Part shown: piece by piece, positions 35,960 through 46,865 of the stretch | Layout: each line of letters begins with the position of its first letter | Numbering within the stretch: position 1 is the first letter of the stretch | Source of the DNA: Promethearchaeota archaeon | GTDB lineage: Archaea > Asgardarchaeota > Lokiarchaeia > Sigyniarchaeales > SOKP01 | DNA: 64,000 nucleotides | NCBI GenBank assembly: GCA_048941185.1 | Contig: JBHLNW010000009.1 | Location: 5,236 to 69,235 of the forward strand | Direction of reading: 5' to 3' | Position numbers and translations under genes: made by a program | The notes under the pieces: model-generated | Databases searched by the model: none | The model's input: only the letters and a program-made list of their open reading frames with translations | Told to the model about the DNA's origin: nothing

Positions 35960-36333
35960 TAATATAATTTGAAATGATTATCAAACCTAAAATTACGATT
36001 ATTAATCCAGCTTTTTGTACTTCTTCCAAATTTACATCCTCCAAAATTATTTCAAATTTTAAAAATAATGTACAATATATATGCTAATATTAAACGTTTT
36101 CATAACATCTATCTTTTTTTATTCGATCTTGATATATACTTTAGAGCAGGTATTAGAACGAATTAATATCTTCAATGGAATAATGAATTTATTAAATATT
36201 AATCTCTATGTTTTTCAAGTTTATAATACTTCTTAGATAATTCCTAATTCTTTTGAATTATATATATTAAATTTTTAACATAAAATCAATTATCTATACT
36301 TGAAGAATTAACAATCATTATAAACTGATTTTA

Positions 36334-37110
36334 ATGAAGAAAATAATCGCTTTTAGTGGAAAGGGTGGTGTTGGAAAAACAACTAGTTTAGCACTTTTTT
36401 TAAAATACATTTTAGAAACTAAGAATAAATTAGATATTTTAGTAATAGATTCTGATCCTGATGCGAACATTGCTGATGTTATTGGAGAAGAAGTTCAATT
36501 TTGTGATACTATTGGCGGAAAAATGAAAACTTTAAAAGATAAAATTCAAAAGAGGCAATTACCTTTAGATGTGCCAAAAAACCAAATTATTGAAGGAGAT
36601 GTTTATAAATGCTTAATAGAAATGAATGAATTTGATCTTTTAGAGATGGGTCGCCAAGAAGGAGAAGGTTGTTATTGTTACATTAATTCTGTATTAAAAA
36701 ATGTGATTGATACCCTCTCGAAAAATTATGATATTACACTATTAGACTCTCCTGCAGGATTAGAACATTTTGCGCGAAAAACAGGGCGTGATGTAACAGA
36801 TTTAGTTGTAGTTACGGATCCTTCGAAAATGGGTATCCATACACTAAAACGTATATTAGAGATTACAAAAGAAGTAGATTTGAAATTTGAAAATATTTGG
36901 GTCTTAGGAAATCGATTCCCTAATAATTTAAGAGAAATATTGAAAAAAGAAATTGAAAAGATTAATCAACCAAATGTACAATTACTAGGTTTTATTTCTA
37001 ACAATGAACAAATTAGTGAAATTAACTTAACTGGTGGAAACTTATTAGACTTACCAAATAACAATATTTCCTATTTAGAAGCTAAAGAAATATTTACCAA
37101 AATTTTATAA
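36334..37110 (+). CDS. cooC: CooC-type (MinD/ParA family) nickel-insertion accessory ATPase
   Basis: Deviant Walker A FSGKGGVGKTT and the CooC-specific GEGCYCYIN (CxC) motif; 258 aa. Confidence 0.75.
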   Translation: MKKIIAFSGKGGVGKTTSLALFLKYILETKNKLDILVIDSDPDANIADVIGEEVQFCDTIGGKMKTLKDKIQKRQLPLDVPKNQIIEGDVYKCLIEMNEFDLLEMGRQEGEGCYCYINSVLKNVIDTLSKNYDITLLDSPAGLEHFARKTGRDVTDLVVVTDPSKMGIHTLKRILEITKEVDLKFENIWVLGNRFPNNLREILKKEIEKINQPNVQLLGFISNNEQISEINLTGGNLLDLPNNNISYLEAKEIFTKIL

Positions 37111-37112
37111 AA

Positions 37113-37778
37113 TTAAAGATAATCACTAATATTTTTATTTCGAAAACGTTTTTCTACTCCGCTTCTCATACCTGGTAGTTCAAAACATTTGTCAGGAATC
37201 ATCTTTTTAAAGAAAGTCTTATTTTCTCGTTCAAAAATGAATTGTGACTTATATAATGTCTCAAAAAGTTGCTCTCCAGAAAATTGGATATCTCTGAAAT
37301 ATGGAATTATTGGTCTATTTTTACTTACTAGGCCAACTACATCGCTTAAAGGTGATTCATTCTCTTCTATCTTTCCCTCTTCATTGATTAAACTAGTTTT
37401 TTTGTCATGTTCATTATATAAACATATTATACATCTCGGCCATCTTTCATGAAAATAGCTTAAAACTCTATCCATGACTTTATGTTTAAGCAAGACTATT
37501 CCATATAATACCCCACGATCATTAATTTCAGTTCGGGTAAATTGTTTAGCACGATACGTTTCTGTTCCAATTTCTCGCATCATTCGATTAATTTTTTTTG
37601 CAAAGGAAGTACCTGAATTGCGGAATACTACTTCTGGTACTTCTTTAATCTGTGAAATAAGAGTTGGAGAAAATCTATTATGACGGGGAAGATTTTGAAT
37701 TAATTCTTCATGAGAATATCCCTTAGCTCGCCCAATAACTTCCATAGGATCTTTTTGACATTCTTTTTTCGTGTTCAT
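37113..37778 (-). CDS. DUF4130-like protein, partner of the DNA modification/repair radical SAM enzyme
   Basis: ETYRAKQFTRTEINDRGVLYGIVLLKHKVMDRVLSYFHERWP and FERENKTFFKKMIPDKCFELPGM match the DUF4130 pattern. It lies immediately downstream of the radical SAM gene. Confidence 0.55.
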   Translation of the reverse strand: MNTKKECQKDPMEVIGRAKGYSHEELIQNLPRHNRFSPTLISQIKEVPEVVFRNSGTSFAKKINRMMREIGTETYRAKQFTRTEINDRGVLYGIVLLKHKVMDRVLSYFHERWPRCIICLYNEHDKKTSLINEEGKIEENESPLSDVVGLVSKNRPIIPYFRDIQFSGEQLFETLYKSQFIFERENKTFFKKMIPDKCFELPGMRSGVEKRFRNKNISDYL

Positions 37779-37798
37779 CTCCTCAATAGTTTACTTTT

Positions 37799-39100
37799 TT
37801 AAGTAAAATTCAGAATTGTTGTTTGAGAATTTCCATTTAATTTAAGAAATGGATCTGCTCTCTTTAATACTACTCCAACTGATCGAAGATCCTTTCTTTT
37901 ATTAAACACAAAATTTTTTTCTCTTAAATTAATTATTCGTTTTGCGGAAATCGGGCCAATACCCGGCACTCTTAGTAATTCTTGATAGGATGCTTCATTA
38001 GGATTTATAAGATTATGATCCTTAAAATATTTGCGAGCTAAGTGAATCTTTGGATCACCAAAAGGTAAATTTCCATTTTCATTTATTATTTCCATAAGAT
38101 CATGTAATTTATAATGATAGATTCGTAATAACCAATCACTTTGGTATAATCGATGTTCTCTAGCTAATGGTGCGGCTTGTTTACTAGCTAATGGTGTACC
38201 CTCGATAGGTATAAATGAAGAAAAATAAGCCCTTCTTAAATCAATCTGTTTATATCCCCAGTCGATTCTTTTAAGTAATTCAAAGTCAGTCTCATTTTCC
38301 GCTGCTCCAATCACAAATTGAGTAGTTTGACCACTATTTAGAATTGGCGCACCATCCCAACGAAATTTTTTATATCCATTTTCTCTCCGATCCTTAATCA
38401 TTTTTTCTTGGAATTTCAATTGTTTATCTTGCTTTAAATCTTTCATAATTTTAAGGGTGTTTTCATTATGCGCAGTACGTATCTGTTTTAACCAGCGCTG
38501 TCGAGTTATTATATCGTTATTGAAATCTTTTTGATCTGCGATCTCTGCCAGATGTACTTTAGAGGAGGCTTCCATATTTATTGAAATACGATCGGAGAGA
38601 GTTACTGCCTCTTTAAGAAGGTATTGACTTACACCTGGTAAACATTTAAAATGTACATATCCTTGAAACTTATACTTGTATCGAAGAAGACGAATTGCTT
38701 CCAACATTTGTTCGGTTGTTGTATCAGCACTACCACATACTCCAGATGATATGAATACTCCTTCAGCTACATTCATAGAATAAAGTTTCATAAATGTACG
38801 TGCATATTCTTCAGGTGTAAAGCTCATTTTTTTCCTGCAATTATGAGAAAAACAGTACTTACAATTGTAAATACACTTATTAGTAAAAAGAGTTTTAAAA
38901 AGACTCATGCAACGCCCATCAGGTGTATAACTATGACAAATTCCGCCACTTGCAGTTGCCCCTATCCAATTTTTCGAATCTCCAAAAAGTTTTGGATATT
39001 TATCGGTACGACTGGAAGCTGTGCTGGCACAAATATCATATTTTGAATTTTCTCCCAAGATACGTATTTTTTCTAAAACAGAAGGCACTTTACCCATCAA
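37799..39100 (-). CDS. radical SAM protein of the putative DNA modification/repair type, with a C-terminal helix-hairpin-helix
   Basis: CIYNCKYC (CxxxCxxC) cluster motif and C-terminal LLRVPGIGPISAKRIINLR (HhH); 433 aa. Confidence 0.7.
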   Translation of the reverse strand: MMGKVPSVLEKIRILGENSKYDICASTASSRTDKYPKLFGDSKNWIGATASGGICHSYTPDGRCMSLFKTLFTNKCIYNCKYCFSHNCRKKMSFTPEEYARTFMKLYSMNVAEGVFISSGVCGSADTTTEQMLEAIRLLRYKYKFQGYVHFKCLPGVSQYLLKEAVTLSDRISINMEASSKVHLAEIADQKDFNNDIITRQRWLKQIRTAHNENTLKIMKDLKQDKQLKFQEKMIKDRRENGYKKFRWDGAPILNSGQTTQFVIGAAENETDFELLKRIDWGYKQIDLRRAYFSSFIPIEGTPLASKQAAPLAREHRLYQSDWLLRIYHYKLHDLMEIINENGNLPFGDPKIHLARKYFKDHNLINPNEASYQELLRVPGIGPISAKRIINLREKNFVFNKRKDLRSVGVVLKRADPFLKLNGNSQTTILNFT

Positions 39101-39305
39101 TTAAATATAATATCATACCAAATTAAGGTATATAATTTAAAATCTTAATATTTTGCTTATAAAAAGAAGGGGATATTGAATTTTCAAATTAATTTAAAAA
39201 AAATAATAAAAAAAATCCAAATTCTTGTCGATACACAAACTTAAATCTATTTTTAGTTTATCGAATTATATTTACTAAAAACTCAAATATTAAACTGATA
39301 CAAAG

Positions 39306-41123
39306 ATGCCTAAATATACTGGTGGAGAGATTATCTCCAAATATCTAATAAAAGAAGGAGTTAAACATGTCATTGGAATACCAGGGCATGGTAATCTTCC
39401 TCTTGTAGATGCATTCTTTAAAAATAAAGACAAGCTCAAATTAATTCAGCCTAAACAAGAAATGAGTGCTGTACACTTAGCGGTTGGATATTATAGAATC
39501 ACTGGACACCCATTATGTGTTTTTACTTCAATTGGACCTGGTGCAATTAATACTGCTATTGGTGTTGCAGATGCCTATGTAGATTCTTTTCCTTGTCTTA
39601 TTATAACTGGGGATACTCACGTGTATATGAGAGGGAAAGGAGTGCTACAAGAAATTGAGAGAAAAAAAGATTCAAGCATGCCTAAAATTTTAGAACCAAT
39701 AGTAAAACGTAGTTTTGAAGTTGATACGGTGCGACAACTAGCTACAATTATGCAAAGAGCTTTCAATATAATGTTAACTGGAAGAAGAGGACCGGTTCAT
39801 ATTGATCTACCAATGGATGTGCAAGCAAATTCTATCGAGATAGAGATTCCAGAACCTTTAGAAAGAAGGTCAATTGGACGAATACGAGGCGATCCTGAGA
39901 TGATAAAGAAAGCTGTTAAGTTAATTAAGGATTCGAAAAGACCTGTTTTATTCATAGGTGGAGGCGCAATTACCTCAAATGCAAGTGAAGAAATTAAGGT
40001 ATTAGTTGAAAAAATCGGTGCAGCAGTGGTAGTAACTATGATGGGAAAAGACGTTATTGATAATACTCATCCATTATACTGTTGGTCAGCAGGTTCTAAA
40101 GGTACTACTGTTGGATTAAAAATGACTTCAAATGCCGATCTGATTCTTGCAGTTGGTTGTAGATTTGCTGATGAAACTGCGAGTTCATATAAAGAAGGAG
40201 TTAGTTTTTCAATCCCACCTACTAAATTGATTCATATAGATATCGATCCTCATGAAATTGGTAAGAATTATCCTGTTAGTGTAGGAATTATTGGAGATGC
40301 TAAAGCTTGTTTAATTCAGATTTTAGAAGAATTATCAGATTATACAAGAAATTACAAAAATACAGATTACTTCAAAGAAATTCAAGAAGAAAAAAATAAG
40401 TGGTTTAAATTTCTTGAAGAATATCGAGATGATTCTAAAGTTCCTGTAATGATATCTACTGTATTAAGAGAAATAAGAAAATTCTTTGACAGAGATGCTA
40501 TTATTGTAACAAGTTCTGGAAATGTTCAAGCTCAAATGCTTCAAGAATTAGAATTTTATCAACCTAAAACATGTCTAACTGCAGGTGGTTTTTCAACAAT
40601 GGGATATAGTGTCCCAGCAGCTATCGGAGCCAAGTTAGGTGTTATTGACATGGGGAATCCAAACCAACAAGTGGTAGCTCTTGTTGGAGATGGGGATTTC
40701 ATGATGACAATTTCCGAATTATCTATAGCAGTACAACTTGGATTGGAAAACATCTTCTTCATTGTACTCAATAACTTTGGTTGGATTGCGATTAAAGACC
40801 TACAACAAGCAGCGTTTGGTGAAGATCGGGCGTATGGAACAACTTTTGAAGATAAAAACGGGAAGAGTTATTCCCCTGATTTTGCTCGAATTGGTGAAGC
40901 ATTTGGGTGCTATGCTGAACAAATCTCTAAAAAGGAAGAAATTATACCCGCTCTTGAAAGAGCGGCAAAATCTAAAAAACCAGCGGTCATAGAAATAAAA
41001 GTTCAAAGGGAATATCCTTACACTGGCTCACCTGCTGTTGGTTGGTGGGATGTACCGAGACCAGAATATTTAAAAGAGCGAAGAAAGCAATATGAAGAAG
41101 AAATAAAAGGAGAAAGATTATAA
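39306..41123 (+). CDS. thiamine-diphosphate-dependent enzyme (acetolactate synthase large subunit / IolD-like)
   Basis: GIPGHGNLPLVDAF, FTSIGPGAINTAIGVADAYVDSFPCLIITGD, and the TPP-binding GDGDF...NN motif (LVGDGDFMMT...LNNFGW); 605 aa. Confidence 0.75.
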   Translation: MPKYTGGEIISKYLIKEGVKHVIGIPGHGNLPLVDAFFKNKDKLKLIQPKQEMSAVHLAVGYYRITGHPLCVFTSIGPGAINTAIGVADAYVDSFPCLIITGDTHVYMRGKGVLQEIERKKDSSMPKILEPIVKRSFEVDTVRQLATIMQRAFNIMLTGRRGPVHIDLPMDVQANSIEIEIPEPLERRSIGRIRGDPEMIKKAVKLIKDSKRPVLFIGGGAITSNASEEIKVLVEKIGAAVVVTMMGKDVIDNTHPLYCWSAGSKGTTVGLKMTSNADLILAVGCRFADETASSYKEGVSFSIPPTKLIHIDIDPHEIGKNYPVSVGIIGDAKACLIQILEELSDYTRNYKNTDYFKEIQEEKNKWFKFLEEYRDDSKVPVMISTVLREIRKFFDRDAIIVTSSGNVQAQMLQELEFYQPKTCLTAGGFSTMGYSVPAAIGAKLGVIDMGNPNQQVVALVGDGDFMMTISELSIAVQLGLENIFFIVLNNFGWIAIKDLQQAAFGEDRAYGTTFEDKNGKSYSPDFARIGEAFGCYAEQISKKEEIIPALERAAKSKKPAVIEIKVQREYPYTGSPAVGWWDVPRPEYLKERRKQYEEEIKGERL

Positions 41124-42608
41124 TCCCTTATAAACAGAAAACTCCATATCTAATCTTTTCTTTAGTTTTTCTGATAGATTAAATCTCTCAGAATATAACT
41201 TGAAAATATGTTTATCAATCTGTTTTTGTTCCCGAAGGAAATTGTAGTTCAAATCTTGCATTTTGTTTTTAATAATTTCATTTACTAATATTTCAACTTG
41301 AATCTTCGTATTTTCATCAGGCAAAATAAAAGGTAATGCATGGATTCCTGTAATTTGTATACTACTAGTATTATTTATTATTCCTTTTGCCAAATAATTG
41401 TATAAAGAACTATTTAGTAAACCTAAAACGTAAAGAATAGAGATTGATTTATTCTTTATAATAAATCCAATAGCCTTATTAGAATCCCAAAAACATCCTC
41501 TGGGCATATAACGTGCTGCTAATCTTGAACTTACTCCACTTATAACAATCCCTTCTTTTTCAAATGGTACATTTTTAGGTATATCATAACATTTTATTGA
41601 TTCTTTTTTCCAATCTAAAGCTTCCATTATTGGTCTATAATATTGATCTGCCCCACCTCTTTTCAAATATGGTTTCCAATGATTTGATTCTAAAGTATCC
41701 CGATTAATGACGGAGTATTTATTATTAGGATCAATTATTTTCAAGTTTCTTTTATCAAAAATATCTGCTAGTTCTGTACCTTCGATAGCTGCTATAAACC
41801 TTTTATTATCATGTGTATGCATCCCAATAAATCCTTGAATATACTCATTTAATTTTGGGGCTTTTTCAAATAAATTAAGTACTTCTTCTTCAATATCAGT
41901 AAAAAATATGTTAAATGGTAAAGAATTATATTTAATTTGTTTTATTTCAGAAACAATAGGTGGATTATAATAATCATCCTCAGTAGCAACACGAGGAATT
42001 ATCTTCATAACATTATTTTCCCTTAGAATTTTATATTTTTGACCAGAACTTTTTGTTAAAATAAGAATTACTGGACTTGTACTCACATTTTGATTAGAAA
42101 ATAAATTTTTTGGTGCTAAAAGAATCTCATTAATTATACAGTTATTAAGAATAAATTTTCTTAACTTCTTATGGGTACTTAGGGTTAAAAAAGAATCACT
42201 CGTTATAAATCCTAATTTTCCTCCTTCTTTTAGCCTCCAAATACTATTTACAATAAACATTGCGTATGTTTCATGAGCATTAATTTTCCCATAAATCTTA
42301 CTTAATTTTTTTTTATTTTTTCTAATATAAGCACTGGCTTTATTTAGATATGGGGGATTTCCTAAAATAAAATCAAATTTATTATAAGAATCAGGGTATA
42401 GAGCAGTAAGAGTATCCTGTAATTGAGTAGAAACTCCCAACTTTTTAACCTCACTTATAAAACTTGAATTTATATCAAAAGCAAATATTTGACTACAATC
42501 AATTCCCGCTGCTATTAATTTTTTAATAAAAATCCCCGGTCCAACGCAAGGATCTAATATTCTCTGTCCATCTTTTATTTCCCCTAGTCTTGATATTATA
42601 TATTCCAC
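41118..42608 (-). CDS. gamma-class N6-adenine DNA methyltransferase (Eco57I/TaqI-like), solitary
   Basis: Motif I ILDPCVGPGIF and motif IV ILGNPPYL. Upstream in frame, beyond the GTG of the ORF track, lies LGVVLTPPQTVEYIISRL (motix X-like, xxTPxxiv), so the true N-terminus is probably near 42659. Confidence 0.75.
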   Translation of the reverse strand: MEYIISRLGEIKDGQRILDPCVGPGIFIKKLIAAGIDCSQIFAFDINSSFISEVKKLGVSTQLQDTLTALYPDSYNKFDFILGNPPYLNKASAYIRKNKKKLSKIYGKINAHETYAMFIVNSIWRLKEGGKLGFITSDSFLTLSTHKKLRKFILNNCIINEILLAPKNLFSNQNVSTSPVILILTKSSGQKYKILRENNVMKIIPRVATEDDYYNPPIVSEIKQIKYNSLPFNIFFTDIEEEVLNLFEKAPKLNEYIQGFIGMHTHDNKRFIAAIEGTELADIFDKRNLKIIDPNNKYSVINRDTLESNHWKPYLKRGGADQYYRPIMEALDWKKESIKCYDIPKNVPFEKEGIVISGVSSRLAARYMPRGCFWDSNKAIGFIIKNKSISILYVLGLLNSSLYNYLAKGIINNTSSIQITGIHALPFILPDENTKIQVEILVNEIIKNKMQDLNYNFLREQKQIDKHIFKLYSERFNLSEKLKKRLDMEFSVYKGL

Positions 42609-42661
42609 AGTTTGAGGGGGTGTTAAAACTACTCCTAGATCATTACTCCTGAATTCAATTG

Positions 42662-43834
42662 TTAATCCGCCCTCTTAACATTTTTTATATTTTTATCAAC
42701 TTCATTTAATAAAATAGTATAAAACTCGCATATTTTTTTCAGAATTTTGATATTTATTTTATCTACATCATCATGAACAGAATGTACATAACTATGAACA
42801 CTTCTGTCGCCAGTACCTATTCCTTGGAAGTCTTTATTATAAAGAAATAATCCATCACTGTATAAACCAATATAAAACTTTCGAGTCTTCTTTTCTAAAA
42901 TCATCATATCTTTATTTTCTAAAATATAATTATAAGCTTTATAATACTTATTATTAAGAAGACCATGATCCCATATGTTGATCTTATTAGCGAATGAATC
43001 AAAATTAGATATAAAAGTCTTGTCTCTGTCAAAATCTTTTATATATTTGTAGAAATTTCTTACTCCCATTGTACCTGATTCTTCTGCCCCAGTAAATACA
43101 AACCACAAATTATAACTTTTTAGCGCATTTTTTTCAAGAGAGAAATAATTTAGCAGTTCTAAAAGACAAGCTATTCCAGAAGCATTATCTATTGCTCCTT
43201 TGGAAATATTATTAGTTCTATTTAACCATAAGCCTAATATAGCCATATTATTTAAACCTAAAACCAAAATACCCAAAATATGTAATAGTAGATAAGTGTT
43301 TGGTAATAAAAAATAATTTGAAATTGTAATTATAAGACCTAAGGGAAAGGTGATTACCCACACATAATAGATTTCGATACGAATTTTTATCGAGAATGTT
43401 TGTCCTTTTGAATCTAAATGAGAGAAGAGTAAAATATTGTGATCAGAGTTTTCGTCCTTACTTTTTGGAGATAATTTTAAATATAAATTCTGAGAATAAT
43501 ATTTACGTCCTAATTTTATTCTCTCTGGATTTCTTGCAAGTATGATTAAAATTGATATAAGTATCAAAATCAAAATTAAATTTACTAGACTAAAAATAAT
43601 ATGTAAATTTAAAAATAATACTAAAACCAGCCAACTTACCAGTGTTAAAGCTAATTTTGGATAAATTCTTGAAAAAAAAATACTAAAAGAGAATTCTTGA
43701 AAGCTTGGAGAAAAACCGTAATTTTCTATTTTCTTCTTTACAAGATTAAATGCTCTCTTCTCAAATTTAGTTCCAGACAATCTTGGAAAAGAGAGTTCTT
43801 TTAAATTTCCCAATATGCGATTTTCATCAATCAT
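42662..43834 (-). CDS. M28-family zinc peptidase with an inserted multi-TM region (paralogue of 31834-33123)
   Basis: FPRLSGTKFEKRA, FSHLDSKGQTF, the DNASG motif in AIDNASGIACLLEL, and the GAEESG motif in FTGAEESGTMG; same architecture as the other copy. Confidence 0.75.
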   Translation of the reverse strand: MIDENRILGNLKELSFPRLSGTKFEKRAFNLVKKKIENYGFSPSFQEFSFSIFFSRIYPKLALTLVSWLVLVLFLNLHIIFSLVNLILILILISILIILARNPERIKLGRKYYSQNLYLKLSPKSKDENSDHNILLFSHLDSKGQTFSIKIRIEIYYVWVITFPLGLIITISNYFLLPNTYLLLHILGILVLGLNNMAILGLWLNRTNNISKGAIDNASGIACLLELLNYFSLEKNALKSYNLWFVFTGAEESGTMGVRNFYKYIKDFDRDKTFISNFDSFANKINIWDHGLLNNKYYKAYNYILENKDMMILEKKTRKFYIGLYSDGLFLYNKDFQGIGTGDRSVHSYVHSVHDDVDKINIKILKKICEFYTILLNEVDKNIKNVKRAD

Positions 43835-43845
43835 AATTTAAAATT

Positions 43846-45513
43846 TTATTGTAAATATGCTCCATCTTTTGCCGAGCTTACGAGTTTTTTATAAATACTT
43901 AAAAAACCTGTTTTAATCTTTTCTTCAGGTCTTTTCCATTCCTTTAATCTTTTCTCTATCTCATTATTAGATATTAATAAATTTAATTTTCGATTATTAA
44001 TATCAATTTCAATCTCGTCTCCATCTTTGACAATAGCTATTGGCCCTCCTTCAATTGCTTCTGGACAAACATGTCCTATACAAGGACCTCTTGTAGCTCC
44101 GGAATATCTTCCATCAGTTATCATTGCTACTGAATCTTCCAAACCCATACCAACTAAAAGTGCTGCTGGAATTGATAATTCTCTCATTCCAGGAGACCCT
44201 TTGGGCCCCTCATACCGTATAACTAAAATGTCTCCTTCTTGTATTTTTTTTGATATTAAAGCTTTCCTAACATCCTCTTCAGATTTAAAAACTTTAGCAC
44301 ATCCTTTATGATATCTCATTTTTGGGTTGACAGCACTTTGTTTAATAACTGCTCCCTCGGGTGCTAAATTTCCTTTTAAAACAGCAATACATCCTTCACT
44401 TGAAATTGGATCCTCTATACCTCTTATAATCTGGTAATCATCATACTCTATTTTCTTGAGATATTCTTTAAGAGTTAAACCTAACACTGTTTTAGTGGAC
44501 AAATCTAATAAACTTGATAATTTTTTCATTAATACTTTTACACCACCAGCTTCATGAAATTCTGAGAGAGTATATTCTGAGCTTGGTTTGAATTTGGATA
44601 GTAAAGGAACAGTTTTACTTATTTCATCAAAATCGAAATGGTTTAGATCACCACCTATCTCATGTGATAATGCACATAAATGAAGAATCATGTTTGTTGA
44701 TCCACCAAATGATAAGGCAACTTTTATTGCATTTTCTATAGAATCATGTGTAATCAAATCTAAAGCTCTCATATTTTTTTTAATTAAACTAATTATAGTT
44801 TTTCCAGTTTCTTCACATAGCTTTTCTCTCTCTTTACTTACAGCACTCATCAATGCGCAATCTGGTAAAGAAAGCCCCATTGCCTCGACTATACATGCCA
44901 TAGTATTTGCAGTACCCATCATATTACAAGCTCCAGGAGAACAACATGTTTCTGATTCAATAAGAAATAAAATTTCTTTTTTCAATAAACCTGCATTATA
45001 TTTTCCTATTGCTTCCTTAATATCAGAAGTAACAAATGTTTTTCCCTTAAGTGGTCCGTCTTGAAAGGTTTTAGGAAGCATTGTCCCTCCTGTTAAGAAA
45101 ATTGTGGGAATATCACATCTCACCGCAGCTAAAAGCATACCAGGGATAATTTTATCGCATGAACATAACATTACCATCCCATCAAAATCATAGGCTTTAA
45201 TTGTGGATTCAATTGATCCAGCGATTATTTCTCGCGAGGGTAAAATATAATTAGAATAAACTCCGGAGTTAGCAATTCCATCACAACACGCAATTGTATT
45301 AAATTCCATTGGAGTACCACCCGCTTCTTTTACTCCTTCTTTAACAAATTTTGCTAGTTTTTGTAAATGAATATGTCCTGGATTAATTTCATTCCAAGAA
45401 TTAACAATTGCAATCTTTGGTTTTTGTAGGTCTTCATAAGAATACCCACAACCAAAAAATAATGCTCTTTCATATGCTTTTCTTGAATCCAATTCAATTC
45501 TGTTTGACGACAT
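43846..45513 (-). CDS. ilvD: dihydroxy-acid dehydratase (IlvD/Edd family)
   Basis: [27 protein letters not shown], and TDGRxSG in [14 protein letters not shown]; 555 aa. Confidence 0.85.
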   Translation of the reverse strand: MSSNRIELDSRKAYERALFFGCGYSYEDLQKPKIAIVNSWNEINPGHIHLQKLAKFVKEGVKEAGGTPMEFNTIACCDGIANSGVYSNYILPSREIIAGSIESTIKAYDFDGMVMLCSCDKIIPGMLLAAVRCDIPTIFLTGGTMLPKTFQDGPLKGKTFVTSDIKEAIGKYNAGLLKKEILFLIESETCCSPGACNMMGTANTMACIVEAMGLSLPDCALMSAVSKEREKLCEETGKTIISLIKKNMRALDLITHDSIENAIKVALSFGGSTNMILHLCALSHEIGGDLNHFDFDEISKTVPLLSKFKPSSEYTLSEFHEAGGVKVLMKKLSSLLDLSTKTVLGLTLKEYLKKIEYDDYQIIRGIEDPISSEGCIAVLKGNLAPEGAVIKQSAVNPKMRYHKGCAKVFKSEEDVRKALISKKIQEGDILVIRYEGPKGSPGMRELSIPAALLVGMGLEDSVAMITDGRYSGATRGPCIGHVCPEAIEGGPIAIVKDGDEIEIDINNRKLNLLISNNEIEKRLKEWKRPEEKIKTGFLSIYKKLVSSAKDGAYLQ

Positions 45514-45656
45514 TGAGATCTATATATGTAATTAATTAATGAAATTTCCTATAATAATTCAAATTCCGATGAACTAATTAAATCTTTATATAAATCCTAA
45601 GCAAACTATATTTATTCTTTTGGTAGTTTATATTTTATTTCAAGGATAGAATAATA

Positions 45657-46469
45657 ATGACTTATATAGAACTTGATAATGGTTATAAAATTCACTATGT
45701 AGATAAAGGAAAGGGTAGAATACTTGTTTTTATACATGGATTTCTAGGTAGTTCATGGATCTATGAAGAACTTATTGAATACTTCTCTAAAAAATATCGC
45801 GTTATAGCAATTGACCATATTGGTCATGGCATGAGCGATAAACCTGATTCTGAAAGCTATGAATTAACTGATTTAGCTAAATATCTTGAACAAACACTTT
45901 CGAAAATTATCGGAGAAGAAAAAATTATTTTACATGGACATAGTATGGGCGGAATGATTGCATTGATATATGCAACTACACCTAATTTAATAAAACGCCT
46001 AAATGGTTTGATTTTAATGGCTACAGCGCCAAAACTAAAAAATCCCGGATTAATTCAATATATTGAGGATTTAAGAGCAGAGAAAATGAGAATAAAAGAT
46101 CGTGAGGTTATAGAAACAATATTTATAAATCTGTGTTTCAATCGTAAATATCAAAGAAAAAATCCAGATCTAATAAAGGAATTTGTTGATAGAACCCTTA
46201 AGAATGAAGAATATGTCGGGTTAAGGACAATGAACTCAATAGTGAATAATTACAACGTTGAAGAAAAGATACATAATATAAATGTCCCTACTCTAATACT
46301 CACAGGTGACAAAGATATCTTTATCCTTCCTGAAGAATCAAAGAACATGCATCAAATAATCCCTAATTCTGAATTGGTTGTTTTCTCACCTAAAATTGGT
46401 CACATGATAAATTATGAAGCTAGGGATGATTATATTGAGGTTATGGAAGATTTTCTTGAAAATTTTTAG
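45657..46469 (+). CDS. alpha/beta-fold hydrolase
   Basis: FIHGFLGSS, the nucleophile elbow GHSMGG, and C-terminal GHMINYE (catalytic His region). Confidence 0.75.
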   Translation: MTYIELDNGYKIHYVDKGKGRILVFIHGFLGSSWIYEELIEYFSKKYRVIAIDHIGHGMSDKPDSESYELTDLAKYLEQTLSKIIGEEKIILHGHSMGGMIALIYATTPNLIKRLNGLILMATAPKLKNPGLIQYIEDLRAEKMRIKDREVIETIFINLCFNRKYQRKNPDLIKEFVDRTLKNEEYVGLRTMNSIVNNYNVEEKIHNINVPTLILTGDKDIFILPEESKNMHQIIPNSELVVFSPKIGHMINYEARDDYIEVMEDFLENF

Positions 46470-46502
46470 TATAAATCTATTTGAAACTATACCATTAAAT
46501 TA

Positions 46503-46715
46503 TTAAAATTCAATCCATCCAAGAAATGCTTTTGGATGGCAAATAAAGGGTTCTACTGCTACATCATCACAGGTTTATTCAAGTTCATTTTTTATGACTT
46601 TTGCTCCTTCAGCTTCTTGTAGACTACAAGGCATGCGAGGACCGATTTCTTTAACAATTTTTTCTACTAAATTATACATATAATCCGCATATTCTTTTGA
46701 AACTTCTAAATTCAT
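46503..46715 (-). pseudogene. decayed 5' fragment of an M28-like peptidase gene
   Basis: Minus-strand ATG at 46715: MNLEVSKEYADYMYNLVEKIVKEIGPRMPCSLQEAEGAKVIKNELE, stop (46575-77), then in frame TCDDVAVEPFICHPKAFLGWIEF, stop. The IGPR..(G/C)S..E..(A/G)A..I..EL....V..E.F pattern is the usual M28 N-terminus. No catalytic part follows. Confidence 0.4.
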
Positions 46716-46865
46716 TTTTATTTAGCTCTAATTGTGGCTTATTTTTTAAATGAGATTTGTTCTTAAGAAATATAAATTTAACCAAAGGACAAAAATATTA
46801 ATTATATATGCTTACCTAACAAATAATTTATTATATTTCAAAAAAGCTTAGGAAATCGATTTTTT

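Noticed and set aside
35960-36333. Short ORFs (about 35-37 codons on either strand) in the gap before cooC
   Set aside because: They are below any defensible length threshold in AT-rich sequence, with no motif or SD support.
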